Shown here piece by piece: positions 36,383 to 47,722 of a DNA stretch of 64,000 nucleotides. The notes beneath the pieces are model-generated. The model made no database searches and had not been told where the DNA came from. It worked only from the letters and a program-made list of their open reading frames with translations. The stretch is from Phoronis australis (Eukaryota > Animalia > Phoronida). Location: NCBI GenBank assembly GCA_002633005.1, contig NMRA01000002.1:889278-953277 (forward strand). The letters are read 5' to 3'. The translations under genes were made by a program, and so were the position numbers. The first letter of the stretch is position 1; each line of letters opens with the position of its first letter.

Positions 36383-38016
36383 CTACAGTTCAAATGAAAA
36401 ACATCAAACGCATTCAGTTATGTTTGTTAGGCTAAATTTCACAAATTAATCCTGCACAAAACGATGAAATATAATTAATAATCAATCCATCAACTAGTCC
36501 AGGTCCGTATTATTATAAAATTATTTACACATTACCGTAACTCGAACGACTATTCAGGCCAATGTAGAAAAAATGTGCGTCCACGATCGCTTTGTTGCGT
36601 TCAAGAATTAATGACTTCGTTCCCGATCGCTGTCTCACACTGACAAGGACCTGCCTGTATTGGTAAATATATCGAATTATTTCACAAACCATACCTAACA
36701 AAGGTGTCACCAGGGACCATTCAACTATAACGTCCACCGTCTCTACTTAAGAATCTGGGAATTGCTAATAAAATGTACTAATTGTCGATTTTACGAGGGG
36801 GAAGGCATTTTATCGAAAGCCACTGCTTTCTGAGCTCTTTAATTAAAAAAAAGCAAAAGCCAAGTATTATTTCAGATCCACTACAAAGGCTACACTCTGA
36901 CTCTTTTCTGTGTGTCGCATTGGTGCCAAGAAGAAAATGACACTTAAACTCACCGGGTACGTCACCGTCGTCTGCCATTTTTGGTGCAAGGTCTCGTTCC
37001 TGATCGCCTTCCGGGCTTTCTCGATCTCGGATTGGCAGGGGTGGTAAAGACATCATTGAACTGTCGTGGTTAACTTACAGTACGAAGTGAGGGCCGTAAG
37101 TATAATCTAGTTTTACAAGAAAGCGTCACAACTGATCAGTGTGTAACATCGATTGCCAAGGCGCCTGCCACATTTGTGAACAGTTATACTATGTCAATAT
37201 AAGATCTTTAATTTAAAACTACACAGAAACATGTCTGTTATGCGGCATATGAACATGTATACGCATTAGCTCAGCCACGAGGCCCACGAGGTATGAACAA
37301 CGGAGCAATGTCCCTTGTTAACTGCAAAAATACCTATGACCTATTTAAACTGGAGCTTGCACGCAACTAATTCCTAATCTTCGTGATTCCTTGGTCAAAT
37401 CAGTTAGAAATACAACATAAACTGAAGATGTGAATATGAAGTAGGTTGAAAATTGGAAAATATTGTTAAGAGCGAGTTTTCTCGTAAATGACTAAACCGT
37501 GTCCAGTAAGTATCCTGAAGTGATGTTGGGGAATAACGCCCCCAATGGACGTCATGAGCGCAAACGACACCTACCTGTTCTCACATTTACAAGTCGTCAA
37601 TGAATACAATTCCACTTTGTTTAGAATAGACGATGTCCAAACAGCATTGTCGTTTAATTCCTGCAGTAACTTTTAATACCATAGCATGCAAAAACATCAG
37701 ATTTAGGAAAACATCTCGATAGTGGGTGAAGTAGATGTACGCTTATTGGTGAAATTCAAGCGTGAGTATTTTTTTCTGAGAAATTACCGTGGCACCTTTG
37801 AAAGCTCAGCGCGCTAATGATTGCTGCATACTGTATACAGTAAATTACGGCACACATCCCAAAGCGCCGTCTAAAACGCACATGAGTTGTATGTACGACT
37901 GATAACTGATAACAAAAACTCAAACAGTCGGTAGGAGGTAATGAAGGCTATTCAAATGAATCAAAACTGATTAATGATGAAACATTTCAGTTAAGTCAAA
38001 ATTCATGAAAAAAAAC

Positions 38017-38022
38017 TTTATT
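38017..38022 (-). promoter_or_regulatory. Candidate polyadenylation signal of astacin gene 2
   Basis: AATAAA on the minus strand about 205 nt after the stop. Confidence 0.45.
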
Positions 38023-38227
38023 GCTATGTACGTCCTAGTACAGTTTGTTATGCTTTGTTTTGATGACTCAAATGTGAACTCAATAACTTTTCATGCAGTG
38101 ACTTAACAGAAATTTTGGAAGACAATAGCAGAGTGTGTACAATACATGTCATGTATTCTGATACTACATTTCAAATCATTTGTAAATTTCACTATGTCAA
38201 CCATGCCTTTCAAACACTTCCGTTGCC

Positions 38228-39238
38228 TTATTGTGATTGGGGGATTTGGACCAATCCTCGTCGCTTTTGGCACACGCCACACGCCTTCTTACAATTCTTC
38301 AGCATGTAGGCAGGGTTCTTCTGACACTCACCAGCTCTTGCCCAGCCGCTGCAGTTGATGTGTTGGTCGTTACAAGCGCCGGTCCCGCCACAAAGGTTAC
38401 ACGATTTCCGACAAAACTTGTGCATGTAGGCTGAACTTTTCTGACACTCACCAGCATTCGCCCAGCCGCTGCAGCTGTCGTGGTGGTCGTCACAGCTTTT
38501 GCACTGATACATTACTTTAATCTTGTAAATGTCATACGAAGAAAGACCATTGCGTTGCCCAATGGCAGACACGCTGACGCCATTTTTTGGAACCAAGGTG
38601 TGTTGACCATTTTTACTAAAGGCTTTTGACCCATAATGCATTATACTACCATAGTCGTATGGGGTGCCATATGTGAGCAAAGTTTTTCCAACGAAGAAAA
38701 CGCCTTTGGCCTCTTCTTTGATATTTTGCCAATATACGGTAATGTAAGAATCGCGATCGGGTCGTGATTGTTCGTGATGAAAACCTATCGCGTGCATCAT
38801 TTCGTGTACAACGCTTCCAAACGAATTTATGCACCAGTCCGGGAGGTTCATTTTCTGCGATCCCCCTGTCTTCCCCACGTGACTGTTGCATACCGATTCG
38901 CTTGGCTTTGTCATAAGGACATAGTCTCTTTGGTTGGTTCGTGGAACCCATCTAATACACGTGCGTTGATGATAGTAGTCAACTGCCCTCTGAAGGACAG
39001 CGCGTGCATTAGAGTCCATATTTCCGTCGATGACATAAGGAATAACTCCGTTAGGCCAACGGTTTCTTTGATGCTCAATACCATTTCGTTTCTTGGGCTC
39101 AAGAATGTCGTTGGTGTACTCATCAGCATTTCCACCTCGTGCCACAAACATTTCAGGAGTGAGTGCATTGAGACTCAAAGAACTAACTTCCTCAGCGATG
39201 ACGCTGATAGCAACATAAACAAAAGCTGAAAACCACAT
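38228..39238 (-). CDS. Secreted astacin metalloprotease with two ShK domains, 336 aa, intronless CDS (gene 2)
   Basis: ATG at 39238, signal MWFSAFVYVAISVIAEEVSS; KKR/NG; HEMMHAIGFHHEQSRPDRD; SIMHY; two ShK repeats; KRRGL tail. Confidence 0.93.
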   Translation of the reverse strand: MWFSAFVYVAISVIAEEVSSLSLNALTPEMFVARGGNADEYTNDILEPKKRNGIEHQRNRWPNGVIPYVIDGNMDSNARAVLQRAVDYYHQRTCIRWVPRTNQRDYVLMTKPSESVCNSHVGKTGGSQKMNLPDWCINSFGSVVHEMMHAIGFHHEQSRPDRDSYITVYWQNIKEEAKGVFFVGKTLLTYGTPYDYGSIMHYGSKAFSKNGQHTLVPKNGVSVSAIGQRNGLSSYDIYKIKVMYQCKSCDDHHDSCSGWANAGECQKSSAYMHKFCRKSCNLCGGTGACNDQHINCSGWARAGECQKNPAYMLKNCKKACGVCQKRRGLVQIPQSQ

Positions 39239-41429
39239 TCTCGTATTTGTGAATCCTGGGGACAAATGCTGAAACTCACACACCTAGACGCTTAAATTAT
39301 CATTCTGTGCTCTGGGGTCTGTGCTCTCAAACTCGTGCGCCTAGTAGCTGATATACATGCAGGGTGAATGCGTCTCTGGAACAGATGTTGTCACTGGCAT
39401 AGCCACGGGGGTACAACAGGGCCATGCTTCACTGCAAAAAACCATCACCGGTCGAAATCCGTTACGAACCAAAATGAATTTTCCCAGGTCTGTTGCTCTG
39501 CCTTTAAGCTTCTTTTTTCTTTTGTTTGTATGCAAACTACAAGTAGCGTTTTTCATGAAATTTACGCAATACATGTACATTAGAAAGACATGTGTTCCTG
39601 ATTACATGTGTCTCCAAAGTCTCAAGGTCTATTGCTTTAGAGTGAAACTACATCACAAATGGCGCTGTGACTGCAATGTTTCTAATTTCGTTTCACAAAG
39701 CCCTAGCTTCGCGGATCTCAGGGGGGATGTAAACAGATCTCGTCTAAAGCTATCTAGGCTACGACTTACCGTTGTCTAATTATTCGACATTTTCCGAAGA
39801 CTTCCGTTTCCTTGATGATTTCTTATGCCGTAGCTTCCGCATCTGTGGCGGATCTTTGCGAGATTTGGTATGTGAATTGATAGAGCTATCTGTACTGTGG
39901 AACCAGTTCCCCGCAACTAATTGCCGTTCTCGCATATTTCAAGATTTACTGAATAGGTGATTGCTCTTTCATTTGCTGGTTCCTCGGTGCTCTTTTGCTG
40001 GACTATCATGCACACTGTAGGTCGCATTTTTCGTCCGATTGGCACGGAAATGTGCAAGTTTAGAATCTATTATATTCCTGAGGCCCATTAGTTCTAAGCA
40101 AAATCGGACACAAGATGGCGATGTGACAGACTTTCTTCGAATAATCCTTTGAGATCCTTTGACAGAATCTTACGAAATTGAGGAACCAGGTAGATCTCGT
40201 GTCAGAGGCTATGTGTAGTGTGTCATCTGTTTCTCACTGCGACGTAGGCCTACCACTCTCAAGTAACGATGACTCTTCTTCAATCGATTGATTTCTCGTA
40301 CCGGCGTTACTGCGGTGTCCACTAGCTGAACTTTCTGGCATAGTTTGTTTTGGCAGTGGTTTTGTGTTGGTGAAGTGCAGCTTCGTCGTTGTTGTAGGTT
40401 CTTCAGTATGCTCATCAATTTTGGAGACTGCGTCGATGCCTTCATCGTTGTTGGCGGTGTTGTGGGCATTGTCGTGTCCGGGTCACGTACGTCATGAATT
40501 GAGATTCAAATGCGCTGTAATTTCACCGTCCGTCAAAAAATCTCACATTTATCCAGGTCCTTGTTATAAAAATATCTCAACGTGTTCCTAACTCAGATTA
40601 GGAGTAAAACTGCCAATTCATTAAATTATTTAGTAATAATGTGTATTGCCGGACACAGCTGGTAATTGTTGGTGCGACACCAGACCTCAACTTTCAATTC
40701 CTCTTGTCGCTACAGCATTAAATTTTCAGCTGCCAACCCTCCCCGTTCCGGGCACCATAACTTTTAAGGGAACCTTTTAACGACTAGACACTGCCACTAT
40801 TCCGTGCAAGGACCTGAGCTGCTGTGTTTTCTGTTTAATGGACTGCCCCCTGTCGTCCTGGCTTTTGAACCGTCCCTGTATGTACGAGATGAGGCCATTA
40901 TTTTACATGGGCCCCTAGCTGAAGCTCACTTAGCTTGAAGTAATGGGTAATCCCACACCGCTCCCACCCTCCGTCACTCCCTCGATCCCCCGTTCTTCTC
41001 TCTATTCCCTCCGTGGCTCAGCATATCCGCCCGTCCGTCTCTTCCCCCCTCCCTCGATCGCCAGTTGCGTTTCAAGTAGTCCTAACTCGTGATAAACACG
41101 TGCGAACTAAGGAATGTATATAGCCGCTGGGCCAAATGCAGGCATGAAGTAAGCCCCTGAACAGATTTTAGTGCGAATTGGTCACCTCGGTTTCTGTAGG
41201 CCTGTGTACCGGTATATCTTTATGAGTGTCTGAATCAGACCGAATGTCTCTAACATGCTGTGATTTTCGTTTTTACCCACGCACTACAACTGGTGCAGAC
41301 GTGTCACAAAAACATGACTTAACGTCACGTCCACTTTACCATATGTCACCGTCACATTTTATCCACACTTTGCACTCCTTGCACCCCTGACGCAGACGTG
41401 GCACACCCCTGTAGATAAGCGGAATCATA

Positions 41430-41744
41430 CGGTGGCTGCAAAAGGACGGCACGGCAATTTTTTTCTCTGTTGCTAACTCCATCGATATATTTACTATCTC
41501 TATCGATACACTTCATAACTCTATCGATAGACTTAGTAAGATAGTAAGTCTATCAATGGAGTTACTAAGTATATCGATAGAGATAGTAAGTATATCAACA
41601 GAGTTAGCAAGTCTATCGATAGTTTATCGATAGAGTTACTAAGTCTATTGACAGAGTTAGTAAGTCTATCAATAGAGATAGTAAGTCTAACGATAGATGT
41701 AACAATGGAAGAAAACTTGTCGTGGCATCCTTTGACAGCCACCG
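41430..41744. mobile_element. MITE with TA target duplication (Tc1/mariner-like) carrying a 21-bp minisatellite
   Basis: TA|CGGTGGCTGCAAAAGGACGGCACGGCAA ... TTGTCGTGGCATCCTTTGACAGCCACCG|TA; internal TAAGTCTATCGATAGAGTTAG-type units. Confidence 0.8.
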
Positions 41745-42949
41745 TATAGAATCAAATTTGCTGCGCGTGTAGATGGTTCAGCGACCTGCGACTTGCGCAA
41801 TCGTGCTGCATTGGCAAGACACTGACACCGAAGTCAGTAAGTGACTCCACGTTGGCGTTGTTTCATACAAATACTACGTTTAAAAAGTCACAAGGGCATC
41901 ACGTGATATCACTTATATATGTGACCTTACTGTATCTAGCTGCATAGTAGAACCAAAGATTTTACAGTTACTTAAGCTTGGGATATAGTATCTTTGGTAG
42001 AATTCTAACCCCGAAGTGCCAACTTCGATCTGGCGTTGCTAAGGCTGCGACGCGCATGCGTCAAATGGATTTGCATTTGTTTGTTTCCGAGTTCGTTCTT
42101 GCAAACTGGAATCTCCTGCCACAACTTCGCCGTTTTGCAACCGAATTGCATAAGAGACATACCATTAGAAAACCCTTCTTTAGTTCTTGATGGACTATGA
42201 TTATACCACAAGCAAAAGAAATGTAATTTATCCCATACATAATAAAGGTTTTCTGATAGATAAAAAACAGGGAAACCTCTATTAGTGTGTAACCTTGAAA
42301 TATACTGTGTAGAGCTCATTACATTGGTTGCATTGTGGGAACGGGTTAAAAATAAGCTCTTTCTTCAGAATGTCAAAACTAGTGATCCTGATACATGCAG
42401 CGTGTGTTACCGTAAACAAGAGAGTTTGGAATAGTTGCTCTCTAGAAAGTAACATTATTCATAACAAAGAGGCAATGTTATTTTTTAAACACACGATGAA
42501 CAGTTGTAACAGTGAATCGAGAATGAAAAAACGAGACAACTGAGCAGAAAAACGAGACTTCTGGATAAAAAATGAGAAACCTGGGTCTATGCCAATGCAA
42601 ACAGTGTGAAGTGTTCGCTGCAACACACGAAAGCGGTCCGACAGCGTGCAAGGGGCTAGAGTTCCACGGTAGCTGTGGGGTTTAGATCCGACTTTTCGTA
42701 TGCTAAAAAAGGTGTGTGTAAGCAGATGTTCCAACAAAAAATTTGGTGGCGTGACTTATACCCAGATGTGCACAATATGGTTTCACGAAACTTATGAGCC
42801 AAGTTCATGTGACGAAATCGGGAAGGGTTTTTAATTATCTTAAGAAAAACTCCAGAGACATGTTAAGTGCCAGAAACTTACCAGGATGCATGGAAATTTC
42901 ACTATCTGGCTACAAAAACAAAAAATATCTTACACGGGAGGGGAAACCC

Positions 42950-43434
42950 NNNNNNNNNNNNNNNNNNNNNNNNNNNNNNNNNNNNNNNNNNNNNNNNNNN
43001 NNNNNNNNNNNNNNNNNNNNNNNNNNNNNNNNNNNNNNNNNNNNNNNNNNNNNNNNNNNNNNNNNNNNNNNNNNNNNNNNNNNNNNNNNNNNNNNNNNNN
43101 NNNNNNNNNNNNNNNNNNNNNNNNNNNNNNNNNNNNNNNNNNNNNNNNNNNNNNNNNNNNNNNNNNNNNNNNNNNNNNNNNNNNNNNNNNNNNNNNNNNN
43201 NNNNNNNNNNNNNNNNNNNNNNNNNNNNNNNNNNNNNNNNNNNNNNNNNNNNNNNNNNNNNNNNNNNNNNNNNNNNNNNNNNNNNNNNNNNNNNNNNNNN
43301 NNNNNNNNNNNNNNNNNNNNNNNNNNNNNNNNNNNNNNNNNNNNNNNNNNNNNNNNNNNNNNNNNNNNNNNNNNNNNNNNNNNNNNNNNNNNNNNNNNNN
43401 NNNNNNNNNNNNNNNNNNNNNNNNNNNNNNNNNN
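42950..43434. other. Assembly gap, followed by a (CT)n microsatellite at 43435-43453
   Basis: Run of N, then TCTCTC repeats. Confidence 1.
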
Positions 43435-43947
43435 TCTCTCTCTCTCTCTCTCTTTATAATTGTTGAGTTTAACACTAAAAGTAACCCAGGATTAACTTTA
43501 CATTGCGCAAGCGTGTTTTTTAAAAAAAATAGTCTTGTGGTTTAAAAATTTAGATTCGTCGTTAAAGGGACTCTCGCATGGACCTGGGTAAAATTTCCTG
43601 ACCCGAAACACGACTCGAGTAACGCGAAGTGATTAGTAAAGCGTCGAGTCCGAGTCTGAGTAGTCCGAGTTCGGAGATAAGACTCTGGGCCTAGATGGCG
43701 TAAGCCGGTTGGCAGTTTGGTGGCAATGCACATGGCGTGGTTTCACTTGTAAATATTTAACCAAAGCGAAAGTTCTTGTTAGCTAGTGGAAGGTAAACAG
43801 GCACGTAAGTACTACAGTACTAACTTTAGCCGCAATGTTTAACACTTCAATTCTCATGACCCAGTGCGAGAATACAATAACGTGTATAATTTGAGAGCTA
43901 ATACAAATACAATTTAAAAAAAAAAAACTTTGCGTTTTCAGAATAAC

Positions 43948-43953
43948 TTTATT
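43948..43953 (-). promoter_or_regulatory. Candidate polyadenylation signal of astacin gene 3
   Basis: AATAAA on the minus strand about 215 nt after the stop. Confidence 0.45.
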
Positions 43954-44168
43954 TTTCGCTATACTGTACATCAAGAATTATGGATTAGGTTAACATAAAA
44001 GTGAAAAAACTGTCAAGTTTTGTGTATTCACCTTCCTTAACGGGACCGGGATTCATGACACACTTGGCTGTTTTAAAGGAAAAACAAGAAGCTGAAATTT
44101 TGTATACATTTGTAGACTCTTGAAATTCAGTAAAGACTTGGACTATAAAAATATTGTCATTCCGCTTA

Positions 44169-45095
44169 TTACGATCTCAAGTTTTCAAGCAAGCCTCTAC
44201 GTTTCCTACAGACGTTGCAAGATTTTTGACAATATTTCAGCATGTAATTCGGATTCTTCTGACACTCGCCAGCACCAGCCCAGCCGCTGCAACTGGCATT
44301 TTGGTCAACACAGGTGCTGCCCCCAGTATTGGTCGTCTTTCCATTACATTTATACATGGCATTAATTCTGTAGATGTCCGAATTTGACAGTCCGTTGCGT
44401 TGTCCAATCGCGTTGACACTGACACCGTTTTTGGGTATGAGAGTGTATTGGCCATTCTTGGAGAATGCCTTAGCGCCGTAGTGCATGAGACTGCCATAAT
44501 CATATTGTGTACCGTACGTGAGAGAGGTTCTTGCCTTGTTGAAGTTGGGTTTCGCGCTAGATTCAATGTTGTCCCAGTAGATATTTATGTAAGAGTCGCG
44601 ATCGGGTCGCGTCTGTTCGTGACCGAAGCCTATCGCATGCATCATTTCATGTACTACGCTCCCGTACGAGTTGATGCACCAATCTGGAAGGTTAATGTAT
44701 TGCCTCCACCCTTTTTTCCCCAAGAAACTGTTACAATTGTTGTGATTGGGTTTTGTCATCTTGACATAGGCGATTTGATTGGTTCGCTTCACCCATCGAA
44801 TGCATGTGACCTGGTGGTAATAATTGAACGCTCGTTGGAGAACAGCACGAGCATTGGCATTCAGACTTCCGTCAATAACATATGGAATCACACCGTTAGA
44901 CCATCGACGCGTACTTAGCCGCACGCCGTTTCGCTTCACGGGCTGGATAATGTCGTAATCATATTCGTCGGCGTTTCCACCCTTAGCAATGAACTCTTCG
45001 GGAGTTAGCTTCTGAACCGCTCCAGGCCCTAATTTTGCGGCACCAGCGAGCAGCACAGTGGAGACAAGGCCTAGCAAAGTCAACGACTTCTTCAT
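44169..45095 (-). CDS. Secreted astacin metalloprotease with one ShK domain, 308 aa, intronless CDS (gene 3)
   Basis: Signal MKKSLTLLGLVSTVLLAGA; VKR/NG; WSNGVIPY; HEMMHAIGFGHEQTRPDRD; SLMHY; one ShK; RKRRGL tail. Confidence 0.93.
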   Translation of the reverse strand: MKKSLTLLGLVSTVLLAGAAKLGPGAVQKLTPEEFIAKGGNADEYDYDIIQPVKRNGVRLSTRRWSNGVIPYVIDGSLNANARAVLQRAFNYYHQVTCIRWVKRTNQIAYVKMTKPNHNNCNSFLGKKGWRQYINLPDWCINSYGSVVHEMMHAIGFGHEQTRPDRDSYINIYWDNIESSAKPNFNKARTSLTYGTQYDYGSLMHYGAKAFSKNGQYTLIPKNGVSVNAIGQRNGLSNSDIYRINAMYKCNGKTTNTGGSTCVDQNASCSGWAGAGECQKNPNYMLKYCQKSCNVCRKRRGLLENLRS

Positions 45096-45413
45096 TGTAC
45101 CACAACGGTCTGTCGATCAGCACAACGAATGGTGTTCTCTACGCAAATACCCCATACTTCCACAGTTTTGTGTGCGTAGATAACGATATCCCGGAGTCTA
45201 CGAATTTTTGCTTCTTTTATGCTTGTATAGGTGATAATTTCCCCAGGTATACGCAGTCTTGTCACATATGGGCGGCGAGAAAGGGTAAAAATAAAAACAA
45301 AACTCTCGAACGGTTGGAAATAGCAAATGTTGTTGGAATTACTTTTTAACTCGCAACTTTCCACGATGCTGTGACAAGTATTAACCTGGAAATAAAAATG
45401 CAGTAAAGAACAT

Positions 45414-45657
45414 GGGCCTGTTCTAAGAAACAGACTCAAGTTCATTTTTGACTTAAGTTTTAAGATTTGTCTTAATTTCCAATCTTTGAAACTTCCAAAT
45501 TCGGTAAGTAAGTCAAAATTACGACAAAACTTATGTCAAACACTTAAGTCAAACTTAAGATCTCTTGAACTGGTTTTGAGAAAATTTAACTTTTATCTTA
45601 AAATTTACAAAAATTTAAGATTTGTCTTAGCGAAGTCAGTTTTGTTGGAACGGGCCC
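45414..45657. mobile_element. PIF/Harbinger-like MITE about 320 bp upstream of gene 3 (partial copy from 48351)
   Basis: GGGCCTGTTCTAAGAAA vs TTTGTTGGAACGGGCCC (14/17); interior rich in TTAAG repeats; no clean TSD. Confidence 0.6.
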
Positions 45658-47133
45658 AACGTCTAAAATTAATATGGTCTTCGTAATCTGGCATCACTTA
45701 AATATAGCCTGTCTACGATATTTTTAACCTTGTATGTTCAGAAAAAAAGTAAAAATCAACCCCCGATGAATAGTGTCGCCACGTCTGTTTTCTCCCATAC
45801 CAAGCCCGTCTTCTTGATGATAAATATCGATATACACTGCAAACACGGCACTGAGCTGATCATAGACATAGCCCAATGTACGTATGGGTGGCGGAATGCA
45901 CATAGACATAGCCCTATGTACATATGGGTGGCGGAATGCACATCCATATTTCGTCAATTTAATAAAGAACTTTTCTTATGTTGGCGCTCTCCAGAGTAAT
46001 GAGAGCACGACTGCGATACCCGATTTATCACTACTCAGATTTGGTGAACAGAAATTGAATATGAAGGCAGAGGAGTGAATTCCACTCAGTCTCAGTCCCT
46101 CTCATTGTTTGAGTCGTTAGAGGTCGCTCATTTGCTTTAGCTTTATGACACCGGCTGGGATAGAAATTTTCTCGCATTATCAGTGGTGCACACTGACTTT
46201 GTCAATTATTCAACATTACTCCTCCTCTTTTTGGGTATATGCGTTGTATACGTGTATACTGTACCCCCGAAGAGTCCTGATTGGCTGCCTCATTCCCACG
46301 ATATCTTTCTGCATGCTCACTAAGCTTCCGTCAACAGCCCTTTCTCCTAAAAATCAGTCTTAGCTTCATAGGCTGGACACTCACAAAACCATCTCACCGT
46401 ATCATCAGTGCTGTAGTGATAAAATTAGAGGTGTAGGCGCCCAAAGCTCACCGTATCAACTTGAGCACTGAACGTAACTTACGGTGCGTAGTCGATACGA
46501 TACTTTCAAATGCTAAAAGGTGGTTGGCTGCGCCTCACGTGCGCCTACGCCCCACTACAGCATTGCGTGTCATTCTCTTCAATTTTGCATGTTCCACTGG
46601 TCGGCACGATCCCTCTGGATCGTACCGTGACTGCCGGTGTTTATCTTCCTTCCCCCCATCACCGCAAAATCACGGTCACATCGCACATGTCTGTCTTGCA
46701 TTGGGAAGTGGTCTCGCTCCCACCACTGTATCGATCACTTTCTTTACGTGACCGAGATGATTTCAATAACTAATCACACACTTGTTCTTGCTCTTGCCGC
46801 CACATGAGCCTGACCATGCCATCAAACGGTCCACAGTCCACATTCCTCAGATATGCGATGTTGAGAGAACATATACATGTAATGTGGTACTTCAATTGAA
46901 CTTCTGCCAGCAACGTCTTCAGAAACACATGTGCTTCTGGATGCAACGTTAGTCACAAATAACCAGGTTATACATCCATAACAGCCGAAAATAGAAAATG
47001 GTGATGATGGATGTGAGGGAAGATTCTGGTGGAGCTCGAAGGCTATTGTCCTTGTAAGACTTTCTTGAACTTGGAAGTCAGTGTTGAGTTTTTGCTAAAC
47101 TGTTTTGATCACGAAAACAACAACGATTTTAAA

Positions 47134-47179
47134 ACTTGACATGTTTCGGTGTCATTTATTAAACACCATCCTCAGAAGT
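47134..47179 (-). ncRNA. Minimal type I hammerhead ribozyme (mirror copy)
   Basis: Exact reverse complement of 47239-47284. Confidence 0.65.
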
Positions 47180-47238
47180 CATAATACAGTGGCCACCTAG
47201 CTAGGCCCAGCAACAAGTAATGTGGCCACTGTATTATG

Positions 47239-47284
47239 ACTTCTGAGGATGGTGTTTAATAAATGACACCGAAACATGTCAAGT
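47239..47284 (+). ncRNA. Minimal type I hammerhead ribozyme
   Basis: ACTT-CTGAGGA-T-GGTGT(10 nt)ACACC-GAAA-CATGTC-AAGT: stem I, CUGANGA core, stem II, GAAA, palindromic ACAUGU stem III, GUC cleavage triplet at 47278-47280. Confidence 0.7.
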
Positions 47285-47722
47285 TTTAAAACCGTTGTTG
47301 TTTTCGTGAACATATGCTGTTACTTGCTATCATGGTAAACTGTTTTGACCTTTCACGGTTGAAGGTCGCGCTCCGGTGCAACACATTCATCGTTTGCATC
47401 GCCGGCACATTCTTTCGATCGTTTCTAACTTGTGACAAATTTAACACCTGTCTAGGTTTGACTAGCAATGGGGCTATTCGGAAAATCTACAATCACTAGA
47501 GGGCGTGGGTGTACTAGTGGTGATAGATTAACAGCCTCGATTTCGCGAGCCCTTTACTGAAATACATGGTGAAATGGCTTGCAGCCGTGCCAACTGAATC
47601 TGAGATTGCGTAAAAAGGGTGCTTCTATGAGAGGAAGTAAGCACGACCTCATACAAAGGTAAGGTTTGTGATTATTTTAACGATTATTCCATGATTATTC
47701 TACCGATGCCTGTTAACTGAGG

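Larger units (their letters stand above)
47109..47335. mobile_element. Truncated Penelope-like retroelement insertion (inverted pLTR pair)
   Basis: 88-bp arms 47109-47196 and 47222-47309 (one mismatch), 25-nt spacer, 26-nt tail; flanked by TAAACTGTTTTGA at 47096-47108 and 47336-47348; empty site in the other copy near 49950-49962. Confidence 0.75.
45459..47475 (+). repeat. Block duplicated at 48351-50089 across a gap (likely haplotype pair)
   Basis: Colinear; this copy has an extra 40-bp tandem unit (45861-45940) and the 47109-47335 insertion. Confidence 0.9.

Noticed and set aside
13429-45095. GPCR and astacin cluster as one functional system
   Set aside because: Only proximity and single-exon structure link them; they are on opposite strands with no shared elements seen.
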